64,000 nt of DNA from Epithemia pelagica. Taxonomy: Eukaryota > Protista > Bacillariophyta. The stretch spans positions 1,736,001 through 1,800,000 of the forward strand of contig OX337229.1 of the NCBI GenBank assembly GCA_946965045.2, given 5' to 3'. This document shows, piece by piece, positions 47,046 through 59,100 of this stretch. Positions within the stretch are counted from its first letter, which is position 1; the number at the start of each line of letters is the position of its first letter. The notes below the pieces were generated by a model that ran no database searches, was not told the DNA's origin, and saw nothing but the letters and a program-made list of their open reading frames with translations. The position numbers and the translations under genes were made by a program.

Positions 47046-50000
47046 TTAACGCTGCCTCGCGCACCCGCTAGGGTGACGTCGACCGACGCGCCCGGCTTCA
47101 CACAAAATGAGGAGCGAGGACATACATGACAGGACAAGTTGTGAGGACGGGACAGAGAGTAGAAATCGGTTACAAGGGTGGGGCAGCATCCCTGAGAATG
47201 ACAGGGCGCCAGGTATTGATCCAAGAGCGAAGAGAAACAGCAGTAGTTTCCGCTGCGAAATGAGCAGCGGGAGACGAGTAGAAAATATCGCGTTCAGAGG
47301 GCGGGAGACGGGTGCGGAATTCGTATAAAGTCGTGACCTCGCGTTGTGCTTGGGCGTAAGATGCGGCTTCAACTGTTTGGGGTGAATTACCATGAAGGTT
47401 GTGGTTTCGGGTGATCCATAGAGCATGGATGTGTTTTCATAAGAGTTTAATTGTGCCAGTAACAAAATGAGTCCCGGAGACTGTGCGTGAGTGAATATTG
47501 ATGGTTGGTGGAGAGATAGTTGTCTTGAAGATTGCGCCATTGAATAGTGAAGTGGCCGAAAAAGATGTGAGCATATCCGATAAGTTGTTGTTGAGTTACC
47601 AGCGATTGATATGAGAGGGAGAGGGTGGGAAAAGACGGTGGAACGTTGGCGAGCCAAGAGTGAATAATTTCCACAAGTAGTAGGTTCAGAGTTGGGTCGA
47701 GGGATTGGAGACACCAGAAATCTTGCAGTTCATCAAGAAGAGGTCCTTTCCATTGTCGGTGGGGACAACAAAGAAAGTGAGTGCGAGTCTCGACAACAGA
47801 GGGAGTGCAGAGGGGGCATGTTTCTGTGTAGTAGGTGGCATAACGAGAACGAAGATAGCCAAGTGGAAGCCAATCATGGAGAAACTTAATATGGAATTGT
47901 CGACGGGTGTAAACAGTCGTGATAGCGCGTCCGTGTGACGTCCAATCAATCATCTCGAAAGTCTCGAGCGACCATTCGTTGCGATTGCATAAGTATTGGC
48001 GTAAAGCTTTCCATGTAGAGAGGTAGCGTAGAATAGAGCGGTAATTTGAATTGATAGTCCCTTTGGGAGAATGAAGTATGGCTTGGCTGCCTGTGATAAG
48101 AGGGACATGTGTCGATGAGAAAGTAGGCGGGTATTCGTATAAGTCTGCCAATCGGTCAGCGTCTACATTGAGCTGGGCAGCAAGGGTCAGTGTTGGATAT
48201 GGTCGCAGACGATCTTGGTGGCCCCGAACATGTAAGAAACTTGGAGTTTCAGGGAATTGTCTGATAGATGTACTGATCGATTGTTGGATGTCCCAGTCTG
48301 CTTCCATCGTAGAGTATGGGAAGTCGTAGACCCATTCCAATCGCTTTTCCACGGTATTGATCAAACTTTTGGAATCGGTATAAAAGATTAATCGTGTCGG
48401 AAGACTGAAGCCATAAGACGTCGTAAGATGAATCACGGCACGTAGCAATGCAAGCATTCCATAACTCTCCGACCTGAAGGACAAAGTACGATAACCAGGA
48501 GCAGGGCCACTTAATTGAAAAAGGCGTTGTCCAGTATCCGTGCTGCAAATACAGCCAAATTTACCAGTGAACATAGCCGCGGAACCATCGCTGCATAAGA
48601 AGAGGCGAGCTGTCGGAGTGGTGAAACTTTGTTGGATTTGTTGAGGTGAGCAAAGAAGGACCAGTTTGGACATTAGGTGTTGATCCCATTGTTTGAGAGA
48701 AGAGACGTAGTCGGGAAAAGTCTGGGGTGGTGGTGGATCGGAAGGGATGGCTTGAGGACGGCAAGGCAGAATAATAAAAGCGGGACCGGAGTGGTTAACA
48801 TGGACGGGCACAGCTGTCGATGGGGGACTTGGAGAGAGTTGAGACGTTGGAAGAAAAAGTGGGTGTTGGTACCAGTAGTGTCGAAAACTATTGGGAGATT
48901 CGGCCACATAAAGCTTGGAGCTAGGGCAGTCAATGAGAAATTTCCAATGTCGATGTAATTTCTGTCCAGGTACAGTCCAGGAACCGAGAGGGTGTATCAG
49001 CATTCGTGTAACTCCTGTCTGTCTGACTAAGTCAAGGTATTTGTCCCACTGTTGCCAAGCGCGGGGGCCCGGCCGGTCTTGGTACGGAATCAGGCCGTGA
49101 TGAGTCGAGAAATCGTCATGGCGATGTTCAATAGTAAACAACGAGAGTTTCGTGCCATCAGGAGTGGATATATCACTGAGCAATGTCACACCCAGGTAGA
49201 TACGGCATGCATTGAGCAGAATCAGTTCCGTTGGAGTGAATTGCGACGACTCTTTTGCGATATCCATGAGGAAACGGTCGTTGACTCGTTGGAGAGCGGG
49301 AAGGAATTTGGATTCGAGTTCAATATTGCAGTTTGCTTTTTGGAGGAAGGTTCGCACTTGTGGGATCCATTGCATCGGTACCAAGTGTGGCAACGGTGTC
49401 TCAACATCTTCAAATATGGAAATGCTAGTACCCGCGAGAAATTGAGCCCACGAGATCGCGATCTTGGCAAGTTGTGCCGGAACTCCTGGTGATCTGAGAC
49501 ATGCTAGCAGTAGGTAAGTCTGAGAAATTCCACGCTCCACTGAGAGCGTTCGCAGTCCGATTCCTCCTAATTCTGCTGGTCCGTAAACGACTGCAAATGG
49601 CATATGGCGATTGAAGCCATACTTGGGTAAAAAGGCCTTCTTGAACTGGACTTGTAAGGCATTGCAGTGGGCATCAGAGAGGGAAGACGATGGTAGCGGA
49701 TATGATATGCTAGGGAGGTAGATAGCATGGTAATAAGCCCAGGGGTTGGTTCTGGAGAAAGGGCTGGTGGCCATCACGGAAGTATGAGCTTTGTTCTTTT
49801 TCGCAAGAGCGAGGTACAACCCTTTATCTGTTCGATGTGGCGATTTCTGTACACCCAAAGTCTTGTGACTCCGATAGGAAGATAATTGTTTGATCGGTAT
49901 TGTTTGGTCCGAATCATGGAAGTGAATTGTAATTTGAGGTCCAAAGGTTCCAGATTGTAAGGACGCAAGCCCATCTACATCTTGTGACTCCGATAGGAAG

Positions 50001-50577
50001 ATAATTGTTTGATCGGTATTGTTTGGTCCGAATCATGGAAGTGAATTGTAATTTGAGGTCCAAAGGTTCCAGATTGTAAGGACGCAAGCCCATCTACATT
50101 GAACGTGTAATACAAAAAATGATAGGAGCATTTCTCGACATTAAGTGCGCCTCCAGACAAACTAAGCAAGTCGTTCCATCGTTGTGCGTCTTCTTGTGCC
50201 TTGGCAATGTAATGTTCTGGCGTTGCTGGTTGGTCTCGCGAGAAGTCATTGACGCTGCCGCTAGTATTGTCCACAAACCCAATCATGTGTAGAGCAGTTT
50301 TCACAGAACCATCAGGGCTGCTAATCATAGCGCCATGTGCTTTGTCCTCGTAGGTGTCAAAGAGAATCGTAGAAATGACACACCAGATTGCAGGTGAGTT
50401 ACCGGCTCCTTGTTCCGAGCCATATATAGGGTACAATTGGCAATGTTGGTAATGCCGTTCAGACACTCCGAGCTGTGTCTTTAAATAGTACTTGGCTTCT
50501 TCAAGTGTCTTTGCGTTGATAAAGACGATCGACCTGTGTTGGCCAAAGCTTCTAGACGCGAGGCTTCCGAAGGATAA
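47046..50577 (-). mobile_element. 3' part of an RNase H-containing non-LTR retrotransposon (Ambal-like LINE), degenerate, interrupted by element A
   Basis: RT motifs IYGSEQGAGNSPAIW, GFVDN and SGGALNVEKC; RNase H LCSDGS, RSESYG, YTDSKS, HVRGHQD, NVDADRLA; C-terminal LWITRNHNLHG..LRSWINTW ending at TAA 47170. The exact 3' end is uncertain. Confidence 0.85.
49861..50098. repeat. 119-bp perfect tandem duplication inside LINE ORF2
   Basis: Copies at 49861-49979 and 49980-50098. Confidence 0.92.
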
Positions 50578-51360
50578 TGTTACAATTCTTTCTGAATCGT
50601 AGGGACATTGATGCTCGGTAGAGCAGACAATCAGGTAGGTCACCAACCGATACAAGCTTCTCAGGGTCAGAGAAGCAAGCAAGTCGTAGTCTATCAAAAG
50701 GATAGTCGGGACACAAAAGAAGATGTGATAAATGGTGATATTGTTAGATTGTGTGTTGATTACTACGATAGGTCTACGTGAAATGTTCGGTCCTGCCAAG
50801 GGTCATGTGTCATAGGTTCTTGGCGGCAACAGGTTTGGAATAGTTGGAGTCGATTCATGTGATGTATATGACATGTATATGTGGACGGATAACATATACA
50901 GGGTCAACAGCTCTTGCTTTGGGTTGGCATAGTTGTTTTCATGGCGCGCAGCTTGTTGACAATTTGGAGATTGTGGGAATGGAAATATGGTCTCGCGTGA
51001 TCGTGTGTCGTGCTTGGGATACTTAGACCGTTGGGTCGGATAGATGCCGACAGCGCTCGGATGTCGCTTGGGCGCGCTCGATGATTTCGGGCGCGTACGC
51101 TTAGGGCGTTAGTATAATGTCCGAGCAACGGCCAAATTTACGTCCGTTGTAATACCGCACGACCCAGTTTAGTCTTGAGAGTGAGTTTGTCAATCTATTC
51201 TCACTTTTCATGATTTGCGAAGAAATATAGGTCGATATAGCGCAAAGCTAGGGAACATAGCTCGAAGCTAGATGGCATGATGCGATAGCACGAGGCTATG
51301 TGACATGGGGAATCGATGAGATGTAGAATCTAACCACCATAGACGGTGAGAATTCTAACA
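50578..51360 (-). repeat. 3' LTR of element A
   Basis: TG..CA ends with 11/12 terminal inverted repeat; matches 63549-64000. Confidence 0.93.
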
Positions 51361-54300
51361 CTCCCCACAACTCATCGTTTCAGCCTTGTCATCATTGGAT
51401 TTGTTGAGGTCTTGAACTTCTCCTTTCCAAAACAACAATGGCTTGAGCATGGGCCAAATAGATACGAAATCCCAATGTTTGCTAAGGATATCGGCAGGGT
51501 TGGTCTTTCCATCTTTCCAGTAGAATGCAACATACTTTGCTGCGATGGCTTCACGAACTCGGTGGTATGACAGAAGATGGTGTCTCTTGGATAGTATGGA
51601 ATGAGGAACGGTTGCATTGAGCACAACAGATCTGTTATCTCCGTACATGTAACTTCGCTCTCGGATAGGTACTCCAAGGTAGCGGAGAGAATGTCGTAAT
51701 TCTGTAATCTGATCTATTGCTGTCCTTGCAGCCACAAACTCGGATCCATAGGTAGCAGTTTCCACCGTGCTCTGTCTCTTGCTGTACCAGTCAATAGGTG
51801 TTCCGTTCAACAAATGTAGAACAGCAGTGACGGATTTACCAGTGACTATGTCATGCATGAGATTGGCATCAACATAATGAGTTGTGGTAACATAGCGGCC
51901 AAGAGGTGTTGGGCAGTCTTCAGGAATACGTTCACTTGCATTCGAATAGACAGTGCGAGTCCAATCAAATTCTTGGGTAGGAAGACTTGAATAATCAGGC
52001 TCTCCAATCCTAAATCTGATTGCGCCTTCTGGGAGATGTGCAACGTATCCATAGATACGCTTGGCTCTATCAAGATGTCCTTTCCTTGGAGCAGCACGAA
52101 AGCGTGATAGCGTCATTGTAGCGGTGAAGACGTCGAAACGACCAATAGTGATCACCCATTGGAGTTGTCCAATCAGAGTTTGGAAATGGCTAGTACCTTC
52201 TTCATCAAGGAGCTCAGAATCATCCAATTCAGGATGGTCTCCACCAATAAGAGGTGTTTTGGCTTTCTTGGGTTTCTCCTTGAAGATTCGTTCGAAAGTG
52301 TCCATCATCTTACCAATGTAGCGTCTTGGATCTGCTACTAATGTTCCATCAGAATCCTTGGTGTAACAACATCCCAAGTGGAAATCAATAGGTCCATCTC
52401 CTTTGAGTTTGAAGTTGTATTTCTCCTTCAGGATCTTGCAGATATTCCCAGGATCAGTAGAAATAATGGCTAAGTCATCTACGTATATGGCAATGTATTC
52501 GTAACAGTCTTCTCCAGGTGCTTTCCTCATCCAGATATCCGGATCTGCTTTGCTTGGTGAAAATCCCATGTCTGTCAAAACATCGAATAAGACATCATGC
52601 CAGCGTGCGCCTGATGACTTCAATCCATAAAGTGCCTTGTATATAATCAGGATGTGACCTTCTAATTCCTTGAATTCAGGTCCTGCGACAATAAAAATTT
52701 TCTCCCCTGTCAAGGCTTCCAGATATGCGTTTCCAATATCTGCTCCCCATATTTCCAAGTCATTCAAAGTACCCAGGAATAAGGCAATGCGGAGGTTGCG
52801 AATGGAAACAACACCTGAATAGATTGTCTCAACAGGTTCTTTTGTGAGATGTCCATCTGCGACAAGTCTTGCTTTATGTCGTCCATCATGTTTTACGTCA
52901 AAGACAAGATGTACACGTATCTTATGATATCCTTCAGGTGCATTGGATACTTTCCCTTTAATGAAGATGGCTTTCCCAAAATCCTTGAATGTCTTGTAGG
53001 ACTGGATCTGTGACAATTCTAATTCTGTTGCATCCTGCCACTTTGTGTTGCCATGTTGTTTATCAAGAGCGACAGCTTCCTCATAATTGCGTGGTACTTG
53101 GAATCCAAACTTATACTTGACGGAATGGTGAACTTGTTTAATCCTTGACTGTTTGGCTGCTCGAATGAGACGTTTGCTTGTTTTGACATAACGTTTCAAA
53201 TGCTTCCATCCAGGTTCGTTGAGTAAACCATGTTTCTTTCCATAAATTGCTACAGTGATCGGATCATCATTGGCGATGAGTGATAAAGGTTCATAGGTAG
53301 TCTCCCCAGTTTCCCAATCAACAAGCAAATTATATTTGCTCCCCTTGTAATCTGGATCAGTTGTGTTCAGTGGGCCTTGATGGGCAATGACGTCCCTGAA
53401 CCTGAAAAGATTATCTCCAGAGGTTTGAGCTTGGTTATCTTGTTCGATATACTCCATGAGTTGATTATAGGATATCATCTCATCAACATCAGAATTTGTC
53501 TTTCGGTAGATGTACTTGACACGTTCTTCCTGTTTCGTTGCTTCTTCATTAAGATCAATGACTCGTTTGATGACACGTGCACGGTGTCGCTCCCCATTTT
53601 CTTCTGTGTCGCATAGGAATGTGCGTCCTATCATGTCGTCAAAATCGATCGTGGGCATTGGTTTGGATGGATCTTCACTATCACTGCGAATGAAGACAGT
53701 GTCAGCTTGCTTATCATTGTCATCCTTCTCAGACGAATCCTCCCCTGAAGGTCGATCCACACGTAGGTTAGGTGTAGTGGATTCAACACGGCGAACGGCA
53801 GAACGGTAGATTATCTGGTTATCCTGGGTGAGAATCTTCCAAGTAAAAGAATCACCAACGTTGTGAGCAAAACCAACCCAGTGGCCAAGTTTCTCATCAG
53901 AAGAAGATGGATATGAACCAGAATTGGGTTCAGCGGGGTCGACACGGTAGTAAACCTCATCCCAGAAAGGAAAGAACAAGAGATGAGTAATGTCGGGTGG
54001 GCGTCCGAAGAGAGCCTCAAGAGGAGTGCGACCGGAATGGGTGGGTGATGATGTATGGTTCAATAAGTCACAGACATACTCAAGGCAAAGAAGCCAGGTG
54101 TTGGCAGGGCAACCAGTGGCATTCATGAGAGCGTTGGTCATACGTTTGACGGTCTGGTAACGGTTTTCAGCCTTATTCTGGTGTTGATGATAAGGTTCGG
54201 ATCGATACTCCCCAATAAGCAAAGTGCAAAGAATGTCTTTGACCTTTTGAGAGATGAGAGATGAACCACCATCACTGATAAGAGTCTCCATGGCACCACG

Positions 54301-55365
54301 AAACCGGATGTTGTCCTGAAGAGTATTGACAAACTGTTTGGTTGACTTGATCCCATAGATATCAGTAACCAGAGTATCTCGACCAACAAATATTTGTGCG
54401 ACTTTACCGCCATGGTCAACAGCAAAGGTGTCGGAGAAAACCGAGTCAGTAGCAACGGGTTCATGACGTCGAGGTATATTAAGGACCGGATTGCGAGCCT
54501 TGAAATGTTTCTTGAGGGTGTCGTGGTCAAAAGTAATGCTACCATTACGTGTAGTGTGCTTGAACGTATCGGCAATAACATCTTCAGATTGCCAACCAAA
54601 GAATGGACGGAACTTCTTCCAGTCATACGCTTCCTGGTAACGACGGTGGACAGAGGCATGAAGTGTAGGATCATTACCTTCTGCGTCAGCATAGATAGAA
54701 AAGAAGGGTGCGTCGTCAGGTCCATGATCGTATGGGAGATCCAAAAGGAGATTGAGGTTACAAACAACACGATCAGTGTACTCCCCATAGTTGTCATATG
54801 GATGGTTCGACATACTACCATCAGTCTTGACGTGTTTCCAATCAGGATCATTGTCAGAGGGTGTGGAAGAATACGAATGGTCCAGAACACCAGGATCCCA
54901 TGTGTCGGGTGACGTGAAGATGATCTGAGGTAAGGTATTCATGTCATCGTCGCTGGGGATACCCAAGGAGTGGATGTAGGCTAACCCATCCTTGATGTGA
55001 AGGGGTATAGCACGACCATCAAGTGTAGTGATGCGTTGTTTACCATCAACTTTAACAGATCGTTCATCAACAGCAAGTCCGAAATGCTCGAATTGACCAG
55101 GAGCATGGATAGATGAGCCCTTTCCATAATAAGCATATTCATTGAAGATGCCGACAATAGGTCCATCATTGGTCTCAAACTTTGCGGCACATGTGACGAC
55201 AGGAAGTCCAGTAAGTTCATGGTTATCAATACCCACAATAGTGATATGGCGGCCAGTCTTAGAAAGGATGCGCATGTCAGAACCAGCAAGTCCTCCATTA
55301 GCACCACGGTCAATCAATTGATTTCCTGGTAAAGTAGATTTCCTGGAAAACAAATAGCGTGGAAC
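51355..55365 (-). CDS. pol: Pol portion of the element A polyprotein (PR-IN-RT-RNase H)
   Basis: LIDRGANGG (PR); ATDSVFSD, ISDGG, KAENRY (IN); KARLVADG, KALYGLKSSG, IYVDDL (RT); YVDANL, YGDNRSV, NPADILSK (RH). No stop codons. Confidence 0.95.
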   Translation of the reverse strand, partial: VPRYLFSRKSTLPGNQLIDRGANGGLAGSDMRILSKTGRHITIVGIDNHELTGLPVVTCAAKFETNDGPIVGIFNEYAYYGKGSSIHAPGQFEHFGLAVDERSVKVDGKQRITTLDGRAIPLHIKDGLAYIHSLGIPSDDDMNTLPQIIFTSPDTWDPGVLDHSYSSTPSDNDPDWKHVKTDGSMSNHPYDNYGEYTDRVVCNLNLLLDLPYDHGPDDAPFFSIYADAEGNDPTLHASVHRRYQEAYDWKKFRPFFGWQSEDVIADTFKHTTRNGSITFDHDTLKKHFKARNPVLNIPRRHEPVATDSVFSDTFAVDHGGKVAQIFVGRDTLVTDIYGIKSTKQFVNTLQDNIRFRGAMETLISDGGSSLISQKVKDILCTLLIGEYRSEPYHQHQNKAENRYQTVKRMTNALMNATGCPANTWLLCLEYVCDLLNHTSSPTHSGRTPLEALFGRPPDITHLLFFPFWDEVYYRVDPAEPNSGSYPSSSDEKLGHWVGFAHNVGDSFTWKILTQDNQIIYRSAVRRVESTTPNLRVDRPSGEDSSEKDDNDKQADTVFIRSDSEDPSKPMPTIDFDDMIGRTFLCDTEENGERHRARVIKRVIDLNEEATKQEERVKYIYRKTNSDVDEMISYNQLMEYIEQDNQAQTSGDNLFRFRDVIAHQGPLNTTDPDYKGSKYNLLVDWETGETTYEPLSLIANDDPITVAIYGKKHGLLNEPGWKHLKRYVKTSKRLIRAAKQSRIKQVHHSVKYKFGFQVPRNYEEAVALDKQHGNTKWQDATELELSQIQSYKTFKDFGKAIFIKGKVSNAPEGYHKIRVHLVFDVKHDGRHKARLVADGHLTKEPVETIYSGVVSIRNLRIALFLGTLNDLEIWGADIGNAYLEALTGEKIFIVAGPEFKELEGHILIIYKALYGLKSSGARWHDVLFDVLTDMGFSPSKADPDIWMRKAPGEDCYEYIAIYVDDLAIISTDPGNICKILKEKYNFKLKGDGPIDFHLGCCYTKDSDGTLVADPRRYIGKMMDTFERIFKEKPKKAKTPLIGGDHPELDDSELLDEEGTSHFQTLIGQLQWVITIGRFDVFTATMTLSRFRAAPRKGHLDRAKRIYGYVAHLPEGAIRFRIGEPDYSSLPTQEFDWTRTVYSNASERIPEDCPTPLGRYVTTTHYVDANLMHDIVTGKSVTAVLHLLNGTPIDWYSKRQSTVETATYGSEFVAARTAIDQITELRHSLRYLGVPIRERSYMYGDNRSVVLNATVPHSILSKRHHLLSYHRVREAIAAKYVAFYWKDGKTNPADILSKHWDFVSIWPMLKPLLFWKGEVQDLNKSNDDKAETMSCGEC

Positions 55366-55370
55366 ATGTC

Positions 55371-56127
55371 TAGCAGAACTCTCATTGAGAATTCAGAAGG
55401 GTAATAGGTAGTTGGGTAAAAGGCTCGCTGAGCCGACAATCGAATCACCAACCGATACAACAATCCTCCACGGTTCAGAGAAGAGTTGCAAGTCGAAGTC
55501 CGCCGTGGGTGGGGGCAGTCGGTCCACTGATAAGAGGTTAGTCTTAAGATGAGTGTTAAAATGGTGATATTAATGATTGTGAGATGATTACTAACTAAGG
55601 TGTTTGATGAAGGTCGAGGTCCTGGCTCCTGTATACGGCCATGGATCTGGTGTGATAGGTCCTCAAATGGTTGGAGTAGACCTGCATTGTTGTATTGAAA
55701 GTATATGCAGTTGTATATCATATACCAATGCCAACAGCTCTTGCTTTGTTGTGATATAGGTAGTTTTCTAGGCGCGTTGTTGATTGCATTCTTGGAATTG
55801 TGGGAATGGAAATATGGTCTCGCGTGATCGTGATTCGTGCTTTGATTACTTAGGTCGTTGAGGTAAGTCGTGGAGGTGCTCACTCGGATCGTGATTGCGC
55901 GCGCTTGAGAATACTGGGCGCGCACGTGATGGGCCATAGTCAATATCCGAGCGGTCGCCGATAGCGCGTGCACTGCGAGCATGCCTTGGCCAAAATTATA
56001 GGTCCGCGAGCATGCCGTCATTCTTTTCTCACTTTTACACAAATGTCATCGGATGCCATAAAATACTAGCATCAGTCGATGTGTTGTAGATTCCACCATC
56101 ACCTAGTTAAAGGTGAGAATCCTAACA
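55371..56127 (-). repeat. 3' LTR of element B
   Basis: Direct repeat of 59979-60735. Confidence 0.93.
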
Positions 56128-59100
56128 CTCCCCACAATTCGTCGAGTGAGGATTGTTATTTTCCTTGTCATGCTTCTGAACGTTTCCTCCCCAGAAGAAT
56201 ATGATCTTGAACATGGTCCATACTTTCGAGAATTTCCAATGTTTGTTGAGAATGTCTCCTGGATGTTCTCATAGTCATCATTCTTGAGTTGGTAGGTCTT
56301 GTCGATGCCCTTTGAGCTATGCTCCCCAGGTGCCTTCTTCATCCAAACATTGGGATCTGCTTTAGTTGGTGACAAATCCATATCAATTGGGATGTCAAAG
56401 AAACAGTCACGCCGACATGCTCCTAAAGATTTCAATCCCTTTGAGGCCTTGTGCGTAATCAAGATGTGACCTGATTCCTTGAGTTCTTGTCTTGCAACTA
56501 TCAAGATCTTCTTTCCAGATAAAGCTTCCGGGTGGTGTGCAATTCCAACTTTTGCTCCCCATATATCCATATCATTGAGAATCCCAAGACAGGTGGTTGT
56601 ATGGAAGTTGTGAATGGAAGTAGTACACAAAAAGATTGCCTCAACCGGTTCTTTGGTAAAATCCTCGTCTGTGATGAGAAGTGCTGGGCGAGTATCATCA
56701 TGTTTTACAAGATGGATCCGAATCTTGTTCTTGTGATACTCTTCTGGTGATGCGTTTATCATTTCCCTTCTGTTGAACTGAGCTTGAACGTAATCCTTGA
56801 CTTTTGTGAGGGATTGGATCTGTGAAGCCTGAAAGATCTCAACTTCAGTAGTGTTGTGCCACTTTCTTTTACCATGTTGCTTGTCTAACAAAACAACTAA
56901 TTCTTCATTTGTCATTGAAACTTGATAACCAAACTTGTACTTGAGGGAACGACAGACTTGCTTGATTCTTGACTGCTGTTTGGCAGCTTGAACAAGGCAT
57001 TTACTGGTCTTGACAAAACGCTTGAGATGTTTCCATCCAAGTTCATTTAATAGATCATGTTTCTTGGCATAGGCATCATTTACCATGAGTGACGGAGGCT
57101 CATAGATCATCTCCCCAGTCTCCCAATCAACAAGTATATTACAGTGACTTCTTTTGTAGTCAGGATTGTTGCTAATACTTGACGGTTCTTGATCTGCAAC
57201 AACGTCTCTGAACTGGAAAACGTCATCTTCAGTTTCCTGTGCTTGGTTGTCTTGTTTGACGTATTCCATATGTTGACGGTATGATATTATCTTGTCAATG
57301 TCGGAAATGGATTTGCAGAAAGTGTACTTGATACAGTCTTCTTGCTTGAGAGCATCTTGTTCGAAATCAATGACGCATCTTATAAGACACGGTTGTGGTT
57401 GCTCCCCATTATATGGTTGTCGTTGCTCCCCATTTTCCTCTGGATCATAAACAAGGAAAGGTTGTCCAATAGTGTTATCACATTTGATCATAGGCATTTG
57501 CGTGGATGGATCTTCACCTTTGCTACAAATGAAAATGGGTTTATTTGGAAGCGACTCCTCCCCTGAAGAGGTATCCACACAAAGGTTGCTGGGTGGCGTG
57601 GGTGCATCATGAAGAATGGCAGAGTAACAAAGGGTTTGAGTGTCCAGAGACAAAGTATCACCAATAGGAGGGGCAAAAACAAGCCAGGAGCCAAGTGTCG
57701 TGACAAAAGAGGGAGGGTAGGGACGGTAGGGACGGTGGGAGAGGGCATATGATTCGGTAAAGTAGGGGGCCTTGTCCCAGATAAGGAAGAAAAGTGGGTG
57801 GGTAATGCCGGGTGGGCGACCATTGAGGATCTCAAGAGGGATATGGCCCGAAACGGTCACGACGTATGTTGTCCTCTTAACGGTATGATAACGGTTCTCA
57901 GCCATGTTCTGATCTTGGAGGTATGGTTTGGAACAGTATTCTCCAAGCAGGAGTGTGAAGAAGGAAGGCGTATCAGGTCCATGATCGTAAGGTAAATCCA
58001 AGAGAAGGTTGAGGTTACAGACAACACGATTGGTATACTTCCCAAAGGCATCATTCGGATTGTTGCCATCATTTTCAACAGTCCTTGAAGAAGGTGCCGT
58101 ATCTTGCATGGGATCAAGATACCAATGATTATAGCCCGTCAATTGATTGTCACCGGAGAAAGTAGACATGCGAGAGAGCAGATTTCGAGATATCTCAACT
58201 TTCTGTTTACAGTTGTTGTTCTCGAGACAATCATTAGGGATGGATGTTGCCTTGATATTGGACACCAAATTAGCAAGATCAGATGTTGGATGATTGACAT
58301 CAATATTGGTCACAACTTGTGGAACCAACCGGGTAATCAGATCAAAGAAATTATCTTGATGGTCTTGGGAATCATCTTGAATCATGTCGTCAATCCATGC
58401 ACGACCAGGGTCGGGATCAGGTTCCGGATCAATGTCAAGAGTATGCGTCTGTTCCATGCATGCAGTTGTTGATGACGGATTCTGGGTGGACTTGTTGTAC
58501 GCAATGATTACTTGACGACTATTGTCGTTGAGTTTACTCCACAGATCTCTTGGAAGACTGATCTTTGGACGAAGCGAAGATGATTTCTTGGTCTTCACGT
58601 TAGTTCTCTTAATCATGCGGTGTTTTTCTTTGGGTGATAGATCTTTGATATCAAAATCTTGATCATATTGAAAGTCGCATTGCTTGGTATGCTTAAGTCG
58701 GTTAGACTTTGGTGCTCGAGTTGCTTGGTCATGATCATATGCGGCATCAAGGAGAAGACGGAAATATGATTGATAACAAAGTGTCTTTGCACCAGACAAG
58801 ATGTTGACTTGTCGTAAATCAGGTACCTTTTCAACGGCTTTCATCAGGAAGGTCATCCTAGTGGAGTGGCCAGGAATGTGATCAAACATTGATCCCAGAT
58901 TGTCGAGAAGATGGAATTGGTGTTGAAAGTGGAGAAGAAACTGATCGGTTGTGCCGTGCCATGAATCATCGAGACGAAGATTGGAGATGTAGTTGTTAAG
59001 ACGTAGCACCTCTCTTTTTGCTAAACGAAATGACGAAATGCAACCTTGGTTCAGACGGAGCTTGGTGAAGTCTGCATTGATTCTCCAATGATCATAATTG

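Noticed and set aside
47020-47060. Poly(A) tail or TSD of the LINE
   Set aside because: The A-run is on the wrong strand and no clear tail is visible, so the 3' boundary is left approximate.
49975-50799. 274-aa ORF fusing LTR-A sequence in frame to the LINE RT fragment
   Set aside because: It begins at TTG with no ATG in the LTR part. The RT is truncated, has FVDN, and is frameshifted by the 119-bp duplication, so the fusion is most likely coincidental.
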